Part shown: piece after piece, positions 18,383 through 28,321 of the stretch | Numbering within the stretch: position 1 is the stretch's first letter | Layout of the letters: each line of letters begins with the position of its first letter | Virus record (IMG/VR): IMGVR_UViG_3300013116_000108 | Location: 62,001 to 126,000 of that record | DNA length: 64,000 nt | Direction: 5' to 3' (one strand) | The notes under the pieces: generated by a model | Seen by the model: the letters and a program-made list of their open reading frames with translations, nothing else | Told to the model about the DNA's origin: nothing | Databases searched by the model: none | Made by a program: the position numbers and the translations under genes

Positions 18383-19593
18383 TAAAATAATTCATCACTA
18401 TCAACTGTCCATTCTTCATTTTTATTAGACGGTACAACGTCTAATACTTTACTACTTTGAAATATATTTCTTTTATTATACAAACCTTGTCCTATTGTTA
18501 CATCGGCTTTAAAATTCCAATGTTTGTTTTGTAGCCTGCTCATCCTATCAGTTATAATGATCCTTGTGTTATCTGTTGGGTCTTCTGATACCTTAAGTTT
18601 ATTAAACACATTATTTTTACTGTTAATCATTACATTATCAACATTGCCATATTCACTTTTATACCATTCAATAAATTTTGTAATTTCTGAAACATTACTA
18701 ACTGAATGGCTACTCAATCCAACAGCAATCTTTTCAAATCCTAATTCTAAACAAGTAACTATTACATCACTTATTGATTCTGTTACACTCAGATAGTCAT
18801 TAGTAAGAATATCTTTTTGTAGTTTATTAAAATTATACTTGTCTAATACTGAATTGTCAAGATCTATTGCCAATAGTCCGCAACTTTTTATTTGTTCAAT
18901 TAATGTTTTTTGTTTAATATTCTCGTCCCAGTATTCTTCTAATTCTTTTGGAGCATTGTGTATCTGTAAAGAGTTTTCATCTTTAAGAGTAGCACGAATT
19001 TCATAATCATGTTTGTTTTGAATAATTTTATCTAACTTATTAAAGTATTCAATGCTCAAATTTGAAAATTCAAAAGTATTTTCTTTTGCCCAATTATACA
19101 ATGTAATAAAATTTCCTTCAGTGTTATTAATTTGCCATCTCTTTTCTTCTTGATCCCAATTTGAATCAGCATTGTGAATTAAAACATTTTCTCTTAGCAT
19201 TGTATTGACTTCTTTAATCATGTCTTGATTATAAGGAAAATATAGATAAACTAAGTTATCGTCACAATCAAATCGTTTGCTTCGGTCTACAGTTCTAATG
19301 TTGGTACGGAATTCTGGTGTTTTTGTAATTAGTGTAACATCAACTCCTAAATTACGGAATTGCTTACGGTATTTAGCAGTGAGTTTTACTGCCAACTCCC
19401 TTTGTCTACTTGTCATACCTAGACCACGATGTATATAACTTGAAACATTATTAACAAAGTTTACATCGTACCTTGCTAGTTTAATATACATACCAATTCC
19501 TGTATGTCTACCTTTAGGAATTTTAGGTGGTGATACAGAACCAGCCATAACTTCTATACAGTATTCTATATCTTTAGGTAAAAGCATCTTCAT
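18382..19593 (-). CDS. Hypothetical protein
   Basis: 403-aa ORF translationally coupled to uvsW. Confidence 0.55.
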   Translation of the reverse strand: MKMLLPKDIEYCIEVMAGSVSPPKIPKGRHTGIGMYIKLARYDVNFVNNVSSYIHRGLGMTSRQRELAVKLTAKYRKQFRNLGVDVTLITKTPEFRTNIRTVDRSKRFDCDDNLVYLYFPYNQDMIKEVNTMLRENVLIHNADSNWDQEEKRWQINNTEGNFITLYNWAKENTFEFSNLSIEYFNKLDKIIQNKHDYEIRATLKDENSLQIHNAPKELEEYWDENIKQKTLIEQIKSCGLLAIDLDNSVLDKYNFNKLQKDILTNDYLSVTESISDVIVTCLELGFEKIAVGLSSHSVSNVSEITKFIEWYKSEYGNVDNVMINSKNNVFNKLKVSEDPTDNTRIIITDRMSRLQNKHWNFKADVTIGQGLYNKRNIFQSSKVLDVVPSNKNEEWTVDSDELF

Positions 19594-19604
19594 AAAATTT
19601 CCTT

Positions 19605-19635
19605 AAAAAAAATGGGCGGGTGTCAAGTCCCGCCC
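19605..19635 (-). terminator. Rho-independent terminator
   Basis: GGGCGGG/CCCGCCC stem with an 8-T run on the minus strand. Confidence 0.85.
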
Positions 19636-19652
19636 TGCTTGGTTAGGAGTAA

Positions 19653-20699
19653 CTATGCCGCCCGTTTCATACAGGTCGATACAGCCAAGCTCTGCCACTT
19701 TTCGGAAATCTTCTTAAGGTCACCAACTTTAAGAGCTGTCCTTAAACTCATTTCACGAAGTCTGTTTTTGTTTTCGTAAATGAAAGCAAGTATTTCACTT
19801 TCTTCTTCTTTACTAAAACCATAGCCTTGAAACAAATCACCTTTGTCAGCAATTTGTTTAATCCTTAAAAACTTATCTCTCATTGTATCAAGAGTAAGAT
19901 CTAAATAGTGACATCTTGACATAAGTGCCTCTAAGTGATCTTGTAGTTTTTTAGATTTAACGTTTTCAAACTTAATGTTTGTAATAAAACAAGCAGAACC
20001 TTTAAACTCAAACTCATTTGGTATACCTTCTGCCCTAAGTTTGGCACTATCGGCACTCCACATTAGTTTACGTTTTTTACCTGAGTCTAAAGCCGCCTTC
20101 AAAATGTTCAACGCCAAGTCGTCTAGCAATACAGAGTCACAGTCGTCAAACACAACAACATTACCCGGATCGCTATACTCATAAAGTTTAGCATAAAGTC
20201 CTAAGGCCGTCATAGCACCTTTAACAACTGTATACTTTCGCTTCGTAGCACTAATATCATCAAACAAACTATGTTCGTCTAATGTTTTCTCAACACCGTA
20301 TGATTTACCAACCCCTGGAGGGCCTGTAACAATCAAAGCACGAATGTCGCCATTTTTAAGACTGGCCGCCATTTCATCTAAAATTTCAAAACGTTCATCA
20401 ATTTCTTTAATACGTTTTTCATCACTAACTTGAGAACTAAACTCGCCTTCTTGTTGGCCTTCGTTCATTCCAAGTGTTTCACATTGTTTTAAATAATCCT
20501 GCTCATCTTCGATAAATTCAAAACCAGTTGGCTTAACTGTAACCCTAATTTTACTAAAATCAGGACCAAATACTTTTGAACCGTCAACAGTAAGAAACAT
20601 TCCTTTTTTACCGGAAGTCATGTTCTTTATGAGTGGGAAAATAATGTTCTCAACAGGTTTGTTTCTGTAAGAACCTTTCTTGATATTTACATATGACAT
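19653..20699 (-). CDS. AAA+ ATPase with a small N-terminal domain
   Basis: TGPPGVGKS Walker A, VVVFDDCD Walker B, FITN sensor 1, ALMSRC arginine finger. Confidence 0.8.
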   Translation of the reverse strand: MSYVNIKKGSYRNKPVENIIFPLIKNMTSGKKGMFLTVDGSKVFGPDFSKIRVTVKPTGFEFIEDEQDYLKQCETLGMNEGQQEGEFSSQVSDEKRIKEIDERFEILDEMAASLKNGDIRALIVTGPPGVGKSYGVEKTLDEHSLFDDISATKRKYTVVKGAMTALGLYAKLYEYSDPGNVVVFDDCDSVLLDDLALNILKAALDSGKKRKLMWSADSAKLRAEGIPNEFEFKGSACFITNIKFENVKSKKLQDHLEALMSRCHYLDLTLDTMRDKFLRIKQIADKGDLFQGYGFSKEEESEILAFIYENKNRLREMSLRTALKVGDLKKISEKWQSLAVSTCMKRAA

Positions 20700-20748
20700 A
20701 TAGTTACTCCTTTTTCATTGTCTATTGTTTTTTTTAACTTACTCTACT

Positions 20749-20776
20749 ATTATACACGAATTAGGCCAAAAGTCAA
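20749..20776 (-). promoter_or_regulatory. sigma70 promoter
   Basis: TTGACT, 16 nt, TATAAT; AGGAG RBS downstream. Confidence 0.7.
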
Positions 20777-20841
20777 CCATTTTGACGTCTTTTTTTCGCT
20801 TGTAAACCATTGATTTTATTAGATTTTTAATCTTTTTTTAA

Positions 20842-21399
20842 TTATTTTTGATTTTGGAGCCAGTTTAGGAAGGCAATTTCGCCGTTTTTGAGTGAAGATT
20901 CCCAGTCATTTTGAGCATTTTCGTTGGCATTGTCTGAAATATACTTAAAGCACCTAAACTTTACACCTAACTTAGCACATACAACGGCTAAAGCATAGCC
21001 TTCCATATCTACTATGTCTATATCAGCATATTTAAACCACGGATCATCAGTATTTACAAAACTATCACCTGTTCCTAGTGTAATATTAGTACCTGAATTA
21101 AGTATTATAGCATGAGCAAAATCATCTTGCTGATAAGGTGTTTCTCCACGTGGTGCTAACGGCTCTGCTACCATATCACGTTGTAGAATTGTATCAACTT
21201 CTACTAGTCCTGTATGTTTACCGTTAACTGATCCTGCTGTACCAAAGTTAATTACTTCAGTTGCTCCTGTTTGTATGATTGCTTTTGTAATAGCAAATGT
21301 GGCATTGATTTTGCCTACACCTGTGTATACTAAAACTGAATCTTGTGGTGAATTTTTACGATTAAACTCTTGCTCAAGAGCGATAGATAGTAATTTCAA
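20842..21399 (-). CDS. mtnN: MTA/SAH nucleosidase (PNP/UDP family)
   Basis: YTGVGKINA, INFGTAGS, GTGDSF, VDMEGYALA, KYISDNA; TTG start with AGGAG. Confidence 0.85.
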   Translation of the reverse strand: MKLLSIALEQEFNRKNSPQDSVLVYTGVGKINATFAITKAIIQTGATEVINFGTAGSVNGKHTGLVEVDTILQRDMVAEPLAPRGETPYQQDDFAHAIILNSGTNITLGTGDSFVNTDDPWFKYADIDIVDMEGYALAVVCAKLGVKFRCFKYISDNANENAQNDWESSLKNGEIAFLNWLQNQK

Positions 21400-21412
21400 T
21401 GCTGTGTTCTCC

Positions 21413-21490
21413 TATAAATACTGTATCATTATAACACACAACAATCGCTGTGTCAAGTATTTACATATGGATAATATGCCCAGATAAATA
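21413..21490 (+). promoter_or_regulatory. Two late promoters: TATAAATA (21413-21420) and TAAATA (21485-21490)
   Basis: Motifs upstream of the plus-strand operon starting at 21512. Confidence 0.55.
21428..21456 (-). promoter_or_regulatory. sigma70 promoter (consensus, extended -10)
   Basis: TTGACA, 17 nt, TGt-TATAAT. Confidence 0.85.
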
Positions 21491-21511
21491 TCATAAAGTA
21501 AGGAAACTCAT

Positions 21512-22354
21512 ATGACACCAAAAGAAGAAAACTGGCTTAAACGCGAAAAGATTAGTAGGCCTCGCGATCACAATATTTACCCTCTAGATAATTTACAAAT
21601 GTACGACTGGCTTAGAGATGGTGAGCATCCACATAGCGGTCATCATCCTTGCTTTATGCCGTGGTTAATGATTAACAAAGAATTCGAAAAACATGCTAAC
21701 TGGCCATATGAAGAGATGTATAAAGAAGCAAAGTCACTAGACGAACGAGGATTAATTCCTAGTTATAATGATTCTAATAATGTTGGTTGGGGTGCTGTTG
21801 CTTTATATGGATTAAGTTCTGACTCTACCCTACCTCCCGAAGAGTACGGTTATGCTAATTACAACGAAGCAAGGGCCGCCGGAGCATTAAACTGGACTGA
21901 AATAGCAGACGAATGCCCTGTTACAGCAAACTTTTTTAAAAACGACTTCCATCATAAACGTTATAATAGAATTAGATTTATGAAATTAGAACCAGGTGGA
22001 ATGATACGCTGGCATCACGACATACCAGAAAACGAAGAACCTACTTTTCCACTAGGTGTATATAATATGGCATTAAATAATCCCGATGGTTGTTATTTTC
22101 ATATGGGCATGTGGGGTAACATTCCAGTTGAAGATGGCAGTATGTGGTTATTTGCCAATGAACATTATCACTGTGTTGTCAATGATTCAGACGAAGCTCG
22201 TTATCACATGATAGTTAGCGGCACACCTGACGAACAGTTTTGGGCGCCGGTAATAGCAAAGAGTTTTAGAAACGAGTCTAAAGGAATTTACTTAGATGAA
22301 GTTGACGGTAAAATTGTAAGTAAAAACGACGGCTACATGCCTGGTCAAGATTAG
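21512..22354 (+). CDS. 2OG-Fe(II) oxygenase (AspH/beta-hydroxylase-like)
   Basis: RIRFMKLEPGGMIRWHHD (HxD), NMALNNP, HYHCVVN, RYHMIV. Confidence 0.8.
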   Translation: MTPKEENWLKREKISRPRDHNIYPLDNLQMYDWLRDGEHPHSGHHPCFMPWLMINKEFEKHANWPYEEMYKEAKSLDERGLIPSYNDSNNVGWGAVALYGLSSDSTLPPEEYGYANYNEARAAGALNWTEIADECPVTANFFKNDFHHKRYNRIRFMKLEPGGMIRWHHDIPENEEPTFPLGVYNMALNNPDGCYFHMGMWGNIPVEDGSMWLFANEHYHCVVNDSDEARYHMIVSGTPDEQFWAPVIAKSFRNESKGIYLDEVDGKIVSKNDGYMPGQD

Positions 22355-22364
22355 GACGTATTAC

Positions 22365-23096
22365 ATGATTAGTTGGAGTTTCATTCGAAATGAAGTTGCT
22401 TTAATACAATGGGATTACAAAGAATTCTTAGATTCAAAGGTTGATACATTAAAAGATTGTGGTGATTTAGGTTCTGAACTTACCACAGCAAATCATAATG
22501 AATTAAAAGACATGTTTGCTTTTAATTATACTGGACCTATTGTAGAACTAGGCATAGTTAAAGCAATTCAAAAAGCAAAATGTAATTTTGCTATTATACA
22601 AATACCAGGTAGTACTATTGCTAGAGAATTTACAATAAGGGCAATGAACTATATGGAAAAAAATCCTAATTGTGCTGTATTAGGGCAAGTCACACACAAA
22701 GTAGATAGCGAAGGTGACCGATGGTGGGGTATTATGCCTTATACAATGGTAGTAAATTTACAACACTTTCAAAAAGCCGGTAGATTGTTTTTTGGAAATA
22801 GAAGAGACAGACCTGAACCGGGGCAACTATTCCCAGAAGTAATAAACAACGACGGAAAATTATCATCAACAGGTACAGATAAAACAATAGACAGTGAAAG
22901 ATTGTTTTATGGTTGGTATTGGGTTTGTAAGTTTTTACAAGAAGGGCAAGAAGTTCATTCTTTTGACGACCGTATTAATCCGTTTAGACAATATGTATAC
23001 TACGAAAACGAAAAAGACTTAAACAAACACCATTGGTTGACGGAAAATATGGCAGAATATGTAGAAGAGGGCGAGGCTCCAGACGAATATGAATAA
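22365..23096 (+). CDS. Hypothetical protein
   Basis: 243-aa ORF in the plus-strand operon. Confidence 0.55.
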   Translation: MISWSFIRNEVALIQWDYKEFLDSKVDTLKDCGDLGSELTTANHNELKDMFAFNYTGPIVELGIVKAIQKAKCNFAIIQIPGSTIAREFTIRAMNYMEKNPNCAVLGQVTHKVDSEGDRWWGIMPYTMVVNLQHFQKAGRLFFGNRRDRPEPGQLFPEVINNDGKLSSTGTDKTIDSERLFYGWYWVCKFLQEGQEVHSFDDRINPFRQYVYYENEKDLNKHHWLTENMAEYVEEGEAPDEYE

Positions 23097-24312
23097 TTAT
23101 ACAGAAAAAAGCCACGATAGTGACACTGATTATGAAAAGTATTTGATAGAAGAAAACGATTATACACGTTATCAAGATAGATTAATAGAAGAAACTCTTC
23201 TAGTCTTAGTAGCACCAAACGAGGAAACAGAATTTTATAGTATTTTAGTAGGCAATGTAGTTGACGAAATTTGTACTATTGATAATATAGAAGATATTAA
23301 TAGTGTAATAGCACAAGGTAAGCACAACTATTATATTATAGTAGAACGTGATGCTAAATTTAGTGAAACTTTGTTCGTACAATTAATGATAAAACTTGAT
23401 ACTTTACAAACTGGTATAAGCACAGGCGATATACACATTATACATGAATTTCAATCATTGGAAAATATAAAAATTGATACTAATTTAAGAAAATTTGAAA
23501 GTGTTGACCGTCCGCATTGTACAGATTTAACAACTTTACGAATTAACGAAATTATTAGTCCTTGGTTAAACAATTTATTTGCCTTTAATACAGAACAATA
23601 CAAAGATCCTTTTGAAAAATTAGATAATAACGACTTTAACCATTATGTATTAGTAAGTTCAGGTTGGTTATGGGCATGGTTACTAGAAAAAAATAATTGG
23701 GATCCAAAAGAAGAATACTTAACATTGTTTAATATTGACGGGCCAGCACTAACATATATTACAAATTTAGTACATTATTGGTCTCCATGGGATCAATCAT
23801 ATGTAGATTTTGTTACAACAAACGAAACAGCAAAATCTATAATGATTAAAGCAGGTATTATATCACCTAAAGATGATCATACAACTATTACCGACGAAGG
23901 CAAACAGCATTTACAAAATATGTGGGATCATGAAATGTTACGATGGGCAAGAATAGACAATAGCGAAGACCCTAAAGTTGGAGAAGAAGCATTTTTACGT
24001 TTCTTTAGAAAATGGCAATGGGCTGAAGCAAATGGTAAACTATCTATTGCTAATTTAAACATCATGTCTGATAATCTTTTAACAAAGAAACTATCTACGC
24101 TTTGTAAAGGCAGAGCATTTTGGTTTGTAAGCAATATTTTTGCTAGTTACGGTAGTAGAATGTGGTCTGGAATGAATAAAGAAGTCGAGTTACAATTTTT
24201 TGAAGACTTTAAGAAAAAATTAAATAGTAATGACGCTGTACACGGTAGTTTACCTTTTATAGATAGCGATAACAAAGTCTATACAGCAAAAAGACCGGTG
24301 GTAATACGATGA
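23089..24312 (+). CDS. Hypothetical protein with Rossmann-like C-terminal domain (paralog 1)
   Basis: VSSGWLWAWLL...LFNID...MWDHEMLRW...AEANG...WFVSNIF...HGSLP. Confidence 0.55.
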   Translation: MNNYTEKSHDSDTDYEKYLIEENDYTRYQDRLIEETLLVLVAPNEETEFYSILVGNVVDEICTIDNIEDINSVIAQGKHNYYIIVERDAKFSETLFVQLMIKLDTLQTGISTGDIHIIHEFQSLENIKIDTNLRKFESVDRPHCTDLTTLRINEIISPWLNNLFAFNTEQYKDPFEKLDNNDFNHYVLVSSGWLWAWLLEKNNWDPKEEYLTLFNIDGPALTYITNLVHYWSPWDQSYVDFVTTNETAKSIMIKAGIISPKDDHTTITDEGKQHLQNMWDHEMLRWARIDNSEDPKVGEEAFLRFFRKWQWAEANGKLSIANLNIMSDNLLTKKLSTLCKGRAFWFVSNIFASYGSRMWSGMNKEVELQFFEDFKKKLNSNDAVHGSLPFIDSDNKVYTAKRPVVIR

Positions 24313-25514
24313 AATATCACGACATATATCAATATCTTAGAGAAAACTATACATTTGTATTAGATAACTCTAGTCAATTAGATAGAAACACATTATTTCT
24401 TATAAAGATAGCCTCATATTGTATAGACGATAAAATAGTACAAGATCCATCTCTTAACGAAACTAAAGGATACTTTATTTGTCATAAAAACAACCACATT
24501 GTTAATGAAGATATATTAATGTTATTAGCAAAGTACCAACTAGATAATGAAATAACTTCTGTTACTACACCTTGTGGGTCTATTACGGCTATAAATGATA
24601 GTTTTAATAATAGTAGCAAATACGGTGTTAATTTAAGATCTCAAGCAGTAATAGATACTCAAGAATATAAAGATGTAGTAGCAATCGTTAAAGATTGGCA
24701 AACAGAAGATTACAGTAGAAATGCTATAACAACTACATTAGGCGGCTACACATTAGTTCACCACATGTATAATACAGAAAAATACGAAAATAAGTTTGTT
24801 AAGAAAGCAAAGTTAAACAAAAAAGAGTTTGATCAATTTGTTATGTTGCCAAGCGGGTTAAAATTTGCTTGGTTGCTACGTGAACTTAATTGGAAACCGG
24901 ATAATAAATTAGTTTTATTTGATGTTAGTAGTTTTCCTATTTGTTTTGCTAAAGAAATGATACTGTCTTGGGACGGTTCATACCCATTACATGATTGGGC
25001 CATGGAACATCCTATTGCTAAAAGCATATTAATAGCCAGCGGGCAAATTAACGAAGGCACACGACCAGGTGCCGGTCCTAAGGAATGGGATAATATGTGG
25101 AAACAAGAAATTAAAAAATGGGGCGGAGTTGAAAATATTGTAGAAACTATGGCTAAACTAAAACAAGCAGAAGTAAATGGTGACATCGCATGGTGTACTG
25201 TTAATATAGCACACGATAATATTGGTCAAGAACTAATATTTTCTAGTTTAGATAACAAACCTACAGTTTTATGGATTAGTAACATATTTGATTCAAGTCC
25301 TATTGCTTCAATTAATGCTACAAGAATCCGTAACGTCTTTATGGTAGAAAGTAGACTAGGATTAATTCAAAAATGGTATAAAAATTTAAAACAGTTATTG
25401 CCTAATAAAAGTCTAATAATAGGTAGTATACCTCCTACTACTAAAAACGGTTTGGAAATTTCAGACGAAGATAATAAAAAAATTGAATTTCTATCAGGGG
25501 AATTTTTAAAGTAG
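24309..25514 (+). CDS. Hypothetical protein with Rossmann-like C-terminal domain (paralog 2)
   Basis: LPSGLKFAWLL...LFDVS...MWKQEIKKW...AEVNG...LWISNIF...IGSIP. Confidence 0.55.
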   Translation: MKYHDIYQYLRENYTFVLDNSSQLDRNTLFLIKIASYCIDDKIVQDPSLNETKGYFICHKNNHIVNEDILMLLAKYQLDNEITSVTTPCGSITAINDSFNNSSKYGVNLRSQAVIDTQEYKDVVAIVKDWQTEDYSRNAITTTLGGYTLVHHMYNTEKYENKFVKKAKLNKKEFDQFVMLPSGLKFAWLLRELNWKPDNKLVLFDVSSFPICFAKEMILSWDGSYPLHDWAMEHPIAKSILIASGQINEGTRPGAGPKEWDNMWKQEIKKWGGVENIVETMAKLKQAEVNGDIAWCTVNIAHDNIGQELIFSSLDNKPTVLWISNIFDSSPIASINATRIRNVFMVESRLGLIQKWYKNLKQLLPNKSLIIGSIPPTTKNGLEISDEDNKKIEFLSGEFLK

Positions 25515-26345
25515 TTTCTTTGCCGCGTTTTGATTTAAAGTTGCTCTCTCATACATCTTTTTATAACTATCTTCAGGGCCAATAACTTCTTCTAAATACT
25601 GAAAGTTAACTTTTCTTTTAGGTGACATAAACATTACGTTAATTACTCCACCGCTACCAAATACATTTTTCGTAAATCCTTTATAATTATCAGGATTAAA
25701 ATTCCTAACAGGGCACCAATACATTTGAGTGTACCCTAACTTATTAAATCTATTCCATAATGGCTTGAGATTTACCTCATCATTACATTCAATAAAGCAA
25801 GTTGGCAAATGTTTTTCTAATGTACGTTTAGCACCTTTAAATACATTTGGCTCCTCACCTTCTACGTCACATTTAATAAGATCTAATCTTTCAAACTGTA
25901 CTTGATCTAATCGCATAGTAGGCACTAGTTCCATCATTTCGCTACTATTGTTTAAACTAGCCTCACCGTAATTGCCCGGTTTTTGAGGATTATAGTTACT
26001 TAGGTACCTATTTCCAGCACTTCTACTTAAAGCATAAGGATATACTGTAGTATTAGTAATTTGATTTTGTAATAAATTACGTTCTAATAAACCTCTAGAT
26101 AATTCATTTGGTTCAAAAGCATGTATATGACCTTTATGTGCTAGTTTACTAAAAGGTACTGAGTGTGTTCCTATGTTTGCTCCAATGTCAGCAATATGCC
26201 ATTCTGGTTCAATTAACTGCTCTAAGCACATTATTTCCCATTCACAATACTCACCGTATGTTGCTAAACTTTTTCCAATGATAACATCATTGTCAAACCA
26301 AGTAAACTTTCCATGTCTACACTTTCCAGTTGATATCATTTCCAA
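25506..26345 (-). CDS. FkbM-family methyltransferase
   Basis: DIGANIGTHS, AFEP, DLIKCDVEGEE. Confidence 0.9.
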   Translation of the reverse strand: MEMISTGKCRHGKFTWFDNDVIIGKSLATYGEYCEWEIMCLEQLIEPEWHIADIGANIGTHSVPFSKLAHKGHIHAFEPNELSRGLLERNLLQNQITNTTVYPYALSRSAGNRYLSNYNPQKPGNYGEASLNNSSEMMELVPTMRLDQVQFERLDLIKCDVEGEEPNVFKGAKRTLEKHLPTCFIECNDEVNLKPLWNRFNKLGYTQMYWCPVRNFNPDNYKGFTKNVFGSGGVINVMFMSPKRKVNFQYLEEVIGPEDSYKKMYERATLNQNAAKKLL

Positions 26346-27043
26346 TTCTCCAATATTAATGGATCATCTAATACATCACCTGGATTGGGTTTACCATGAA
26401 AAACTAATATACTTGTATTGTTATGTAATACAGTCTTATCTGATTTATATTCTGTTGTACCCATACGTTTTAATCCGCCGTTTAATACTTCCCATTTATA
26501 ACTCATAGCCCACTCTTTAGGCCACCATTTTTTTGTATCATTGGGAAATATCCTAGACAACCAATCTTGGTCACCTTTATGTCTTTTAATATTTGTTGTT
26601 TTTTCGTTTTGAAAGTCATTGTAAATATTTGTGTAAGCATTTGCTTGAAATCCTATAACACTACTATTACTTATGCTATAGTCGGCTATGCCATGGCGAT
26701 TAAAGTCTTGACATATTCTAAACTGATCTGTTTCCCATTCAAAGAACTTGTCTAAAGACCCTACAACTACAGTATCTAAATCTAAATATAATACTTGCCC
26801 CGACCATTTATGCTTATTAAACAAGTTACATTTATACCACCACTTTCTAGCATCGTTATCAAACATAGGATCTACTTCTAATACTATTGGTATTATATTA
26901 GGGTTTGTAATTTCTTGCGGGTGTGTTGTTAAACAGTAAAAGTTAAATGACTGTGTTAGATTTCTTTTCACACTATTGTAGAGTGTTTCTACATAAGATA
27001 CATTATACTTAGGCGGAATCCAAACACATGCTACGTTATTCAT
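26336..27043 (-). CDS. GT-A glycosyltransferase
   Basis: WWYKCNLF, VLYLDLDTVV (DxD), NSSV, GDQDW, VFHGKPNP. Confidence 0.8.
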   Translation of the reverse strand: MNNVACVWIPPKYNVSYVETLYNSVKRNLTQSFNFYCLTTHPQEITNPNIIPIVLEVDPMFDNDARKWWYKCNLFNKHKWSGQVLYLDLDTVVVGSLDKFFEWETDQFRICQDFNRHGIADYSISNSSVIGFQANAYTNIYNDFQNEKTTNIKRHKGDQDWLSRIFPNDTKKWWPKEWAMSYKWEVLNGGLKRMGTTEYKSDKTVLHNNTSILVFHGKPNPGDVLDDPLILENWK

Positions 27044-27062
27044 TAAATTTTACTACCTACTG

Positions 27063-27728
27063 TCATTTGATATTTTTAATCAAAGGAAATATATCAGAAA
27101 TAATCTTAGCACAGGCATGTGCTATTTCCATGTGTTCTTTTTGTGTACCATTAGCACTTCGCAATTCAATATAATGTACCCAACTACGAATTGTACCGTT
27201 CATATATAACCTTGTTTTAGTCATGCCTTCTGGCAATACTACACGGGCCTGCTCTTTAGCAATACCATTATCAATAGCCCACTGGTATGCTCTTTCAGAT
27301 GCTTGTTGTACTTCACTTTGTCTTTTAAACCACTCAATAGTTAAGTCTACGTCATCTGTGTCAATACTATTTTGCCTATTAATAGGATCTTGTAAACGTG
27401 CTTCTCTCATAGTATACCAATCTTCCATTGTAGTTGGATCAGCATAACGTTGACTAAATTCTTGGAAACTAAAACTACGATGCCTTACTATTTGATGGGC
27501 AATATCCCTTGTTGTTTCTATTTCTAATGTAGCATTGACCATCTCAAGTGGAGACCAGTGTTGATGTTTGATCAAATACTTGATTAATCTTTCACTTGTT
27601 TCTTTGTTAATTTGATTTGCTGGATTGCTCACTTTGGCACAGTAGGCTATAAGTTCTTGTAAATTATCAAGACCTTCTGCTTCAAAATCCGGAGTTGCTT
27701 TACTGTAACTTACTAGTTTTGCTTTCAT
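27063..27728 (-). CDS. thyX: FAD-dependent thymidylate synthase
   Basis: HWSPLEM, RHRSFSFQEFSQRY signature, QARVVLP. Confidence 0.95.
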   Translation of the reverse strand: MKAKLVSYSKATPDFEAEGLDNLQELIAYCAKVSNPANQINKETSERLIKYLIKHQHWSPLEMVNATLEIETTRDIAHQIVRHRSFSFQEFSQRYADPTTMEDWYTMREARLQDPINRQNSIDTDDVDLTIEWFKRQSEVQQASERAYQWAIDNGIAKEQARVVLPEGMTKTRLYMNGTIRSWVHYIELRSANGTQKEHMEIAHACAKIISDIFPLIKNIK

Positions 27729-28321
27729 AATTTATACTCTTTTACCATTTCTTTAAAATATTCTTGGTGTGCTTTACTTGTAGGATGATCTTTTGGCATC
27801 CTACCTAAATTGTTGTCATCACAATAGTTTACAAGTGATGTTTTTGTGTGCCAGTTATTGCCATGAAATTGTGTTAGTTGAGAATCAGTTGATGCTATGC
27901 TTGTAAAGAAATATATTTTATTGCCTAGTTGTTGACAGTATTGCTCGAGGTGTTTAAATCTCTTATAGTAATAATGTTCTAATGTATGTTCATTATAGCA
28001 AAATTTAACATAATGGTCAAGTGTTTTCTTCAATCCTTGTAAGGGAAACTTGGGTTCCCTTCTGTTACTAATTGATTGACTTTGCATATTATTAGTATCA
28101 ACGTGTGGCCAATATACTCTACTAATATCAGTTATACCTACTAATATAGTATGTCCTAATTTAATATTTTCGTATGCTGTAAAAAGAATCTCTTCGTTAC
28201 TTGAACCTGCTTTGCTATAATTCTCTAGTGGTTCGTTAATGTGCTCAGCAAACAACTTAGGTATAGTTGGTTCTGTTTCTATTTCTTCACCTGCTACAAT
28301 ACTACAACCAAATGCTAACAT
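27725..28321 (-). CDS. SGNH/GDSL-like hydrolase or acyltransferase
   Basis: AFGCS, KAGSSN, DHPTSKAH. Confidence 0.55.
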   Translation of the reverse strand: MLAFGCSIVAGEEIETEPTIPKLFAEHINEPLENYSKAGSSNEEILFTAYENIKLGHTILVGITDISRVYWPHVDTNNMQSQSISNRREPKFPLQGLKKTLDHYVKFCYNEHTLEHYYYKRFKHLEQYCQQLGNKIYFFTSIASTDSQLTQFHGNNWHTKTSLVNYCDDNNLGRMPKDHPTSKAHQEYFKEMVKEYKL

